A stretch of 34,601 bases of DNA, from the NCBI GenBank assembly GCA_013572355.1, contig QBUV01000094.1, positions 1 through 34,601 of the forward strand, read 5' to 3'. A program made the position numbers and the translations under genes. This DNA comes from Candidatus Methanogaster sp. (GTDB lineage Archaea; Halobacteriota; Methanosarcinia; Methanosarcinales; Methanogasteraceae). Every line of letters begins with the position of its first letter. The stretch's first letter is position 1. A model generated the notes under the pieces. That model saw nothing but the letters and a program-made list of their open reading frames with translations. It was not told the origin of the DNA and searched no databases. This document shows positions 27,879-34,601 of the stretch, one piece after another.

Positions 27879-28955
27879 ATGTTCGATCCACAAACACTCG
27901 TCGTCCCTGACGGCACCAGGATGGAGGAGCGTACCATTGTGGTTGACGGCGGTGCGATCATCGGTGGCGGTACCAGCATCGAATACGGCATCATCGCAGA
28001 TGAGATCACGATCGGTGAGAACGTGAAGATCTATGGCGAGGTCTCTGCACGTTCGGATGTTTACATCGACCGCAGGTCTGAGATCGGAGGCACGGTGCGT
28101 GCGAATGGCGACGCCCATCTTGGTGAGTTTACGAAGATCGATGGCAAACTCGCTGTTGCAGGCAATCTTGACATCGGGGATCATGTATCGATCAAGGACG
28201 GGTTCGAGGCGAGGGGCTGGATCACGATCAGAAACCCGATACCGCTCATCATCTTCCTGTATCTGTACCTGAGTGAGCTGATACGCAGCGGCAAGGACGA
28301 AGAGGTGGAAAGAGCATTGGATGATCTATTTTCCGATGATTCGGATAGTGCCGATACTCCGATGATGGTACTGCCTGCAAAATCCAGAATAACGCTCAGC
28401 GCGATCGAAACAGGCAAGCCCGCATATATCGGAGACGACTGCCGGCTGCAAGGCAATATCCGTGCAGAATCGGTAGCTATGGGCAGCAACACAACCTTAT
28501 TCGGGAGCATAAGGGCTAAAAACGTCACGATCCGTGAAAATTGTACTGTTCATGGGAATATCGATGCGAGTGGTAACATCAGCATCGGCAGTGGCAACCA
28601 CGTACTTGGCGATCTCCATGCACGGGCTATCAATATCCATCGCAGCGCGGTAGTGGACGGCACGATGGACGCACCCCGCGGCATCGTTGTTGAGGAGACT
28701 GCGAGCGAGGTGGAAGAAGCAAGAAAGCCGAGAGAGGTTGAAAAGCCAAAAGAGATAGGAAGTCTGGAAACAGAAGCAAAAGCAAAAGTAGGGGCAAAGA
28801 GATCGAAGGATAAGAAACATGCAATATCCGGCAGAAATAGAGGGCGAAAGCAGTTTGCAAGACCGCGAAGCAGGAGAGACAAACACAGTAGGGGGGAGCG
28901 GTATGGGCATGGGCAGAGATATTACGTACGAAGACGTGGCGCAGAGCGTCGTTGA
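27879..28955 (+). CDS. Beta-helix polymer-forming/bactofilin-like protein (COG4801-like) with basic C-terminal tail
   Basis: Repeated I-G-x-x-x-x-I-x-G-x-V/L units on either side of a hydrophobic IRNPIPLIIFLYLYL segment; K/R-rich end. Confidence 0.72.
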   Translation: MFDPQTLVVPDGTRMEERTIVVDGGAIIGGGTSIEYGIIADEITIGENVKIYGEVSARSDVYIDRRSEIGGTVRANGDAHLGEFTKIDGKLAVAGNLDIGDHVSIKDGFEARGWITIRNPIPLIIFLYLYLSELIRSGKDEEVERALDDLFSDDSDSADTPMMVLPAKSRITLSAIETGKPAYIGDDCRLQGNIRAESVAMGSNTTLFGSIRAKNVTIRENCTVHGNIDASGNISIGSGNHVLGDLHARAINIHRSAVVDGTMDAPRGIVVEETASEVEEARKPREVEKPKEIGSLETEAKAKVGAKRSKDKKHAISGRNRGRKQFARPRSRRDKHSRGERYGHGQRYYVRRRGAERR

Positions 28956-29793
28956 CCTGCTGTTGAGGGCTGAGACCCGGCTTCCCGACGACGTGACGGC
29001 AGCACTAACGGATGCGCATGGGCGCGAGACCGATCCCACTGCAAGAGCGCAGATCGAGGCGATTCTTGAGAACATCGAACTCGCAGCGATGCGGAAGGTT
29101 CCGATCTGTCAGGATACCGGGATATTGATATTCTTTGTCGAAATCGGAAGGGATTGCACGATTAATTTTGACATCAAAGATGCGATACGGGACGGCGTCG
29201 CAAAAGCTACCGAGATCGTACCGCTCCGACCAAACGCGGTGCATCCGGTCACGAGAGAAGCATCCGGAAACGTTGGAATCGGACTTCCCGACATCATTCT
29301 CGATATCAACGAGGGAGACCGCATAAGAATTACTGTGCTGCCGAAAGGTGCCGGAAGTGAGAATGTGAGCCGGCTTGCGATGCTTAACCCCTCGCAGGTA
29401 GCGGATATCAAGCGGTTCGTCCTCGAGACAGTCGCAGATGCCGGAGGAAAGCCGTGCCCCCCTGTTATTGTTGGCGTCGGGATCGGCGGATCCTTTGACA
29501 AGGCAGCCCGTCTTGCAAAGAAGGCGTTACTGCGTGAAATCTGCAATAACGCCTCCGGCATCGACGCTTGCGTTAACGGCTCTGCCGTCGATGCTTGCGT
29601 TATGGGTGAATTCGAGCGGGAGATGCTCGATGCGATCAATTCACTCGGCATCGGCACGATGGGGCTTGGCGGAGATATCACCGCGCTTGCCGTGCATATC
29701 GAGTATGCGCACTGCCACACCGCATCGCTTCCTGTTGCTGTGAACATCCAGTGCTGGGCGAACCGGAGAGCGAGCGTGGAACTCGGCGGGTGA
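28903..29793 (+). CDS. Class I fumarate hydratase/tartrate dehydratase alpha subunit
   Basis: PICQDTG, PKGAGSEN, KPCPP, GLGG, HCHTASLPVAVNIQCWA; G-rich RBS before ATG 28903. Confidence 0.9.
   Translation: MGMGRDITYEDVAQSVVDLLLRAETRLPDDVTAALTDAHGRETDPTARAQIEAILENIELAAMRKVPICQDTGILIFFVEIGRDCTINFDIKDAIRDGVAKATEIVPLRPNAVHPVTREASGNVGIGLPDIILDINEGDRIRITVLPKGAGSENVSRLAMLNPSQVADIKRFVLETVADAGGKPCPPVIVGVGIGGSFDKAARLAKKALLREICNNASGIDACVNGSAVDACVMGEFEREMLDAINSLGIGTMGLGGDITALAVHIEYAHCHTASLPVAVNIQCWANRRASVELGG
29548..29601 (+). repeat. Two diverged 27-nt tandem copies within the fumarase alpha gene
   Basis: AACGCCTCCGGCATCGACGCTTGCGTT / AACGGCTCTGCCGTCGATGCTTGCGTT, encoding NASGIDACV / NGSAVDACV. Confidence 0.75.
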
Positions 29794-29902
29794 TCTGGCG
29801 TCTCGTGGTTTCATTATGCCGCTTCGCAATCCCTGACCGGCAAACAACTCCCATAACCCCACGCGACCGTTAAGATGCAACCACGATGATACAGATGCAC
29901 AA

Positions 29903-31519
29903 ATGTTCGAACCAGCCTGCCGCGAGATTCTTGATCAGATCCTGAATCACGAGATAGTGAGCGAGCGTGAGCTTGATGCCGCCAAGAAGCGGGTCAGCGC
30001 AAAGTACAAACTCCCGAGCCTCCCAAAGAATTCGGAGATCCTTATGCTCTGCTCTGCGGATGAGCGTGCCCGCGCGATCCTTCTGCTGCAACGAAAGTCG
30101 GTCCGCACGATATCAGGCGTTGCCGTGGTTGCTGTGATGACCTCGCCGTACCCGTGCCCGCATGGCGCATGCATCCCGTGCCCGGGCGGTCCCGCATCCG
30201 TATTCCGGACACCGCAGAGTTACATGGGACGGGAGCCGGCCACGATGCGTGCGATCCAGTGCGGATACGACCCGTACAAGCAGGTGGCAGTCCGGCTGCG
30301 GCAGTTGTATAGCATCGGGCATCCGGTCGACAAGGTTGAACTGATCGTGATGGGCGGGACGTTCACAGCCCGCCCGCCGGATTACCAGCAGTGGTTCGTC
30401 GGGAGGTCGCTTTCGGCTATGAATGATTTCGGCGGCGCGGGCGCGGCGGATCAGGATATCGATCTCGATACTGATCTCAATACCGAATCCGTAATCGCCA
30501 CAAACGAGACTGCCGCGGTCAGGAATATCGGGATCACCTTTGAAACCCGCCCTGACTATCTGTCCACAGTGGAGATCGACCGCCTGCTCGAGATGGGCGC
30601 AACGAAGGTGGAAGTAGGGGTTCAGAGCATTTATGACCGCGTGCTCGAGAAGATCAACCGCGGGCATACCGTGCAGGACGCAATCGCTGCCAACAAGCGT
30701 TTGCGTGACAGCGGGCTTAAGGTCGGATTCCATATAATGGTCGGGCTTCCCGGATCTGATGCCGACGACGATCTCAACATGTTTAAGACGCTCTTCAGCG
30801 ATCCTTTATTCTGCCCTGACCACCTGAAGATCTATCCCACGCTCGTCACCGAGGGAACCGTGCTCCACCGGTGGTGGAAGGATGGGAGCTACCACTCGCT
30901 TGATAACGTTTCAGCAACCGAGCTGCTCGCAGATATCAAGAGTGTGCTTCCGAAATGGGTGCGGCTGCAGCGGATCCAGCGGGACATTCCCGCGCAGCAG
31001 ATCGCGGCAGGCGTCACAAAGAGCAACATCCGCCAGCTTGCAGAAGAGCAGCTTCGGTCGATGGGGGGGTCATGCAGGTGCATCAGGTGCCGCGAGGTCG
31101 GACATGCATCGCTGCGCGGAAGAGTGCCTGAGAAGATCGAACTGTTGATCGAGACGTACAGTGCATGTGGCGGAACCGAGCACTTCATATCGTTTGAAGA
31201 CGTGGGAAACGACATCCTGATCGGTTTTCTGCGGCTGCGGTTTCCGGATTCTCCGCACCGGATAGAACTTGCGAACGCTGCTCTCGTGCGTGAACTGGTG
31301 GTGTATGGGCGGATGGTGCCCTTGGATGCAGAATCCCGTCCTCACAGGGACCAGTGGCAGCATAGGGGGTACGGGCGCGAACTGCTAGCTTTCGCAGAGG
31401 ATCTTGCGTCCAAGCACGGATTTTCAAAAATCGCTGTTACAAGTGGTATCGGCGTGCGTGAGTATTACAGGAAGCGCGGTTATGTGCGCGAGGGCGCATA
31501 CATGGTGAAGTACCTTTAA
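29903..31519 (+). CDS. elp3: Elp3 radical SAM/GNAT tRNA U34 modification enzyme
   Basis: RTISGVAVVAVM, CPHGACIPC, MGGTF, ETRPD, RIQRDIP, QHRGYG, SGIGVREYY. Confidence 0.95.
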   Translation: MFEPACREILDQILNHEIVSERELDAAKKRVSAKYKLPSLPKNSEILMLCSADERARAILLLQRKSVRTISGVAVVAVMTSPYPCPHGACIPCPGGPASVFRTPQSYMGREPATMRAIQCGYDPYKQVAVRLRQLYSIGHPVDKVELIVMGGTFTARPPDYQQWFVGRSLSAMNDFGGAGAADQDIDLDTDLNTESVIATNETAAVRNIGITFETRPDYLSTVEIDRLLEMGATKVEVGVQSIYDRVLEKINRGHTVQDAIAANKRLRDSGLKVGFHIMVGLPGSDADDDLNMFKTLFSDPLFCPDHLKIYPTLVTEGTVLHRWWKDGSYHSLDNVSATELLADIKSVLPKWVRLQRIQRDIPAQQIAAGVTKSNIRQLAEEQLRSMGGSCRCIRCREVGHASLRGRVPEKIELLIETYSACGGTEHFISFEDVGNDILIGFLRLRFPDSPHRIELANAALVRELVVYGRMVPLDAESRPHRDQWQHRGYGRELLAFAEDLASKHGFSKIAVTSGIGVREYYRKRGYVREGAYMVKYL

Positions 31520-31692
31520 CCGGGCCAGGTTCCGTACTGAAACCCAAGAGCGATCGCGAATATGCCAGCGACAGCAGCGATTATAACCACAGTCTTTGGA
31601 TTGATGCGTATCGCGGTCTCGTCTGCATCGTAATATCTCATCAGACCCGCAGAAGACATGAGTCCGCTGCCACTTGCTTTCTTTTTAGCCAT
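31516..31692 (-). CDS. secG: Preprotein translocase subunit Sec61-beta/SecG
   Basis: MAKKK..GLMSSAGLMRYYD..I.INP followed by one TM helix. Confidence 0.9.
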   Translation of the reverse strand: MAKKKASGSGLMSSAGLMRYYDADETAIRINPKTVVIIAAVAGIFAIALGFQYGTWPG

Positions 31693-31786
31693 TGACGTCA
31701 TTATCTCTGGCGATGTCACATAAACGTTTCTATCATTGGATGAAGGGTTACTTTATTATGTATCTGCTACAGAATGTATCTATTAC

Positions 31787-32164
31787 ATGAGTGTAAGGAT
31801 TATGGCTGTGGACGATGAACCGGATACGGTAGACCTGATCACACTGGTGCTTGAAAATGAGGGTTATGAGGTACTGCCAGCTTACAGCGGCAGAGATGCG
31901 CTGGACATGCTCAAAGATACAAAACCCGATCTGATCCTGCTGGATATTATGATGGAAGATATCGATGGCTGGGGGGTGTACGAATCAATCCGTAAAAATG
32001 AGGAAACGAAGGATATTCCAGTGGTGATGCTCACAGCAAAGGCGCAGTCCATCGATAAGATGATCGGTCTGCATGTTGTCGGTGTCGATGAATACATCAC
32101 CAAGCCATTCGGTCACAGAGAGTTGATCGATGGCATAAAGAAGCACCTGCCAGTGACCGGATGA
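31787..32164 (+). CDS. Stand-alone response regulator receiver domain
   Basis: AVDDE, PDLILLDIMM (phospho-Asp), MLTAK, YITKPF. Confidence 0.92.
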   Translation: MSVRIMAVDDEPDTVDLITLVLENEGYEVLPAYSGRDALDMLKDTKPDLILLDIMMEDIDGWGVYESIRKNEETKDIPVVMLTAKAQSIDKMIGLHVVGVDEYITKPFGHRELIDGIKKHLPVTG

Positions 32165-32171
32165 GGATGAG

Positions 32172-32606
32172 ATGGACTACACAGCGGGCGCGATTGGCAG
32201 AGTGTTCATCGCACGCATCGATCATGATGAAGATCTGCTCGACGAACTCGTCAAACTCGCAAGATCAGAAGAGATCAAGCAGGCATTCTTCATGCTGATA
32301 GGGGCTGTTAAGAATATGCAGGTCGTGACCGGACCGAAGGAGGACACTGTCCCGCCGGATCCGATGTGGCACTCGATCGCGGGCGCTTGCGAGATACTCG
32401 GTATCGGAAACATCCTCTGGAAGGACGGGGACCCGAGCATCCATCTCCATGCAGCGCTTGGCAAGGGCGATGACGTGACTGTCGGCTGTCTGCGCGATAG
32501 CGTCGATACGTACCTCACCACCGAAGCTATCATATTCGAGATATCAGGCATCGCTGCAGAACGGGTGTACGATGATATGTACGGGATCGCACGGATGGTG
32601 TTATGA
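32172..32606 (+). CDS. PPC/DUF296 domain protein
   Basis: GRVFIARIDHDEDL, IGAV, EILGIGNI, IHLHAALG. Confidence 0.88.
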   Translation: MDYTAGAIGRVFIARIDHDEDLLDELVKLARSEEIKQAFFMLIGAVKNMQVVTGPKEDTVPPDPMWHSIAGACEILGIGNILWKDGDPSIHLHAALGKGDDVTVGCLRDSVDTYLTTEAIIFEISGIAAERVYDDMYGIARMVL

Positions 32607-33769
32607 TGAAATATCTATATCAGGACTCTGTAAAACTCCCCTCGAAGCGTGATTTCATTCACGATCTGGAGGCTCTACTGGACGTGACCGCGGCGGTCGT
32701 TCCGCTTGAAGACGAGATCATCTCGGCTAATAACGAAGTGGAAGAGAGCCACCATGCGAAGGATAGGAAAATTTCCGGGCTGAGAACGTTCGAAAGCGAG
32801 GTGACGAGGCAGATGAACGAGATCGTCAGGGATGGCGGCACCGATGAGATGCAGGTCTGCAAGAATGCGGTCATAGATGTGTGTGCATCCTGCGTGGATC
32901 AACAGAAGGCAAAGATCGATTCCGAGTCTGGTGCATCACTAACTGATCTGGCTGAGAAGATCGACCTCAACGCGGAGCGTATCTGCAAGATAGTCAGTCC
33001 GTTTCTCGAATTCGGAGTATATGGCGCCAGATTTGCATATTCGCTCGAATCGGAGGGGAAAAAGGGACTCCACGGCGAGTTCAAAGCAGATCTGGGCGAG
33101 CTATCATTCGCTTATGAACTGCGGTTTAAGGATGCGGTCACTGTGAAGCAGCTGGTAGGTTCGTTCGCAATTCCGGTACCGAGAAAGGCAGGGATATTCC
33201 ACAGTGAAGAAACTGTGAAGATGCTGGACATGTCGCATCACCGTTTGGCTGATGTCACCTACTCGAATAACCAGGTAACCGCAGAATTTAAAGACAGAAG
33301 GGGAGCAAAAATGGTCCGCATCGAGATGAAAACTGCCACCGATGATTATTCGATAGTGTATGAAGGTGCAGAGCCGGTCAATCTGACAAGAGACGAATTG
33401 GTCTCAAAAGAGATCGATAGCGATGGTGCCACCGGTCTCATGCACGCGGTGATCGGTTATGTGTTGGATACAGAAAAACGCGAGGTTGCGACGCTTGTGA
33501 GACTGACGTTTAATGGCATGAATGTGATCAGAGAGCCGCTCGCCTCTGATGCGCTGAAGGTCATGCTCGCGGAATACGGCAGATTCGCAAACGAATGTAT
33601 CGCACACGGGGCGGCAAAGGACGAATTCGTGATAAAGATCGAATCGGACGACGGCACAAGGACTGAGAAATACATGTCGATCTCGACGGTCAAGGAGCGT
33701 CTGCTCGGGATCGGGGAAGCGGGCGCGGAACTGGCGGATGCATTTGGACTGGGGACGAGCGCGTCATGA
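32603..33769 (+). CDS. Hypothetical protein (helical N-half, beta-rich C-half)
   Basis: 388-aa ORF with ATGA overlap to the PPC gene; no motif recognised. Confidence 0.75.
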   Translation: MMKYLYQDSVKLPSKRDFIHDLEALLDVTAAVVPLEDEIISANNEVEESHHAKDRKISGLRTFESEVTRQMNEIVRDGGTDEMQVCKNAVIDVCASCVDQQKAKIDSESGASLTDLAEKIDLNAERICKIVSPFLEFGVYGARFAYSLESEGKKGLHGEFKADLGELSFAYELRFKDAVTVKQLVGSFAIPVPRKAGIFHSEETVKMLDMSHHRLADVTYSNNQVTAEFKDRRGAKMVRIEMKTATDDYSIVYEGAEPVNLTRDELVSKEIDSDGATGLMHAVIGYVLDTEKREVATLVRLTFNGMNVIREPLASDALKVMLAEYGRFANECIAHGAAKDEFVIKIESDDGTRTEKYMSISTVKERLLGIGEAGAELADAFGLGTSAS

Positions 33770-33840
33770 CAATGTGTAGGAACTGCCGTGCCTTATGGGC
33801 TCGCCACGAGCCGTATAGTACACTCCCAAGTATAATACTT

Positions 33841-33945
33841 ATGAGTGTATTCATAGACCGGGGGCGGGAATTGTCACTCCTCAAAGTTATTGGAAGAATG
33901 TTTTTAAATTTATTGAGCGGTAATAGGAGAGTGATCCAAATATGA
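33841..33945 (+). pseudogene. Truncated stub resembling the N-terminus of an archaeal AAA ATPase
   Basis: MSVFIDRGRELSLL resembles the F-x-D-R-E-x-E-L start of archaeal ATPases; ends after 34 aa with no Walker A. Confidence 0.45.
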
Positions 33946-34601
33946 TTGACCAATTTAATGATACCAATAAGATAAAAATTGCTTTGCTGATAGATGGAGA
34001 TAATGCACAAGCGACTCTAATTGAAAAAATCTTAGCTGAAACGGGTAAACACGGACCAATTACGATAAGACGTATTTATGGCGACTGGACTACACCAAAT
34101 ATGAATAGGTGGAAAGAGACTTTGAATAATCTTGCAATTCAACCAATCCAACAATTCCGTTATACTGTTGGCAAGAACGCCACAGATAGTGCTATGATTA
34201 TTGATGCAATGGATATCCTTCATGACGGTTCAGTAGAAGGTTTTTGTATCGTTTCCAGTGACAGTGATTATACAAGACTTGCAACTAGAATCCGTGAAAG
34301 TGGCATTCTTGTGATGGGGATTGGTAAAAGCACAACACCAAAGGCATTCGTAAAGGCATGCAACATATTCATTTATACTGAAAATCTAACACCTAAAGAT
34401 TCCATCCGGGGAAATGAAACGGAATTAAAGAGTTCATTAACAACCGATGAAAAAGCGAAAATATCGGATCCGATCCCATTACTCAAAGAAGCTTTTGAAA
34501 TGGCTTTAGGAGAGGATAGTTGGGCACATTTGAGTACGATGGGAAATTGTTTACTCCAGTTAGATCCGGGGTTTGATCCAAGGTCTTATGGATACAAACA
34601 A
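33942..34601 (+). CDS. NYN (LabA/DUF88, PIN-like) domain protein with OST-HTH/LOTUS domain; runs off the window end
   Basis: Manual translation: IALLIDGDNA, RRIYGDW, GKNATDSAMIIDAMD, VSSDSDYTRLATRIRESG, WAHLS..G...DPGFDPRSYG; absent from the ORF track because it has no stop in the window. Confidence 0.9.
   Translation, partial: MIDQFNDTNKIKIALLIDGDNAQATLIEKILAETGKHGPITIRRIYGDWTTPNMNRWKETLNNLAIQPIQQFRYTVGKNATDSAMIIDAMDILHDGSVEGFCIVSSDSDYTRLATRIRESGILVMGIGKSTTPKAFVKACNIFIYTENLTPKDSIRGNETELKSSLTTDEKAKISDPIPLLKEAFEMALGEDSWAHLSTMGNCLLQLDPGFDPRSYGYKQ

Noticed and set aside
30461-30484. 12-nt tandem near-repeat in elp3 (DLDT/DLNT)
   Set aside because: Short acidic loop expansion with no sign of function
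1-34601. CRISPR array, transposase/integrase, rRNA, SRP or RNase P RNA, and pyrrolysine/selenocysteine read-through
   Set aside because: No regularly spaced repeats, mobile-element proteins or signature RNA motifs seen, and no recognised gene is split by an in-frame stop

Overview
This is an archaeal chromosomal segment from a Methanosarcinales-type organism; an ANME-2-like lineage is plausible but is only inference from gene content (ComE, CdhE, Methanosarcina-type S-layer domain, PGF-CTERM, TyrA with long C-terminus). Most of it is housekeeping: comE, DUF1464, tyrA, slipin-nfeD, PHP, srp19, intron-containing tRNA-Tyr, cobY, class II aldolase, gatA, mvk, sepF, cdhE, uvrC, hemK2, radA, phosphoglycolate phosphatase, fumarase alpha, elp3 and secG. 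Accessory-looking blocks are a PemK/MazF toxin-antitoxin pair beside an fmdE-ABC importer/S-layer divergon, a 904-aa FAD/Fe-S/CCG oxidoreductase, and an AT-rich NYN-LOTUS gene at the right edge. The strongest unexplained signal is non-coding. An identical 19-mer (TTTCACTTTCACCCCGCTC) lies at nearly the same distance upstream of two TATA boxes. One belongs to radA; the other appears to drive an unannotated, roughly 50-70 nt structured RNA with its own oligo-T terminator, just upstream of uvrC. The 11-mer core matches, from memory, a UV-response element reported in Halobacterium, so this may be a DNA-damage regulon that includes a small RNA. No CRISPR array, rRNA or transposase was seen.
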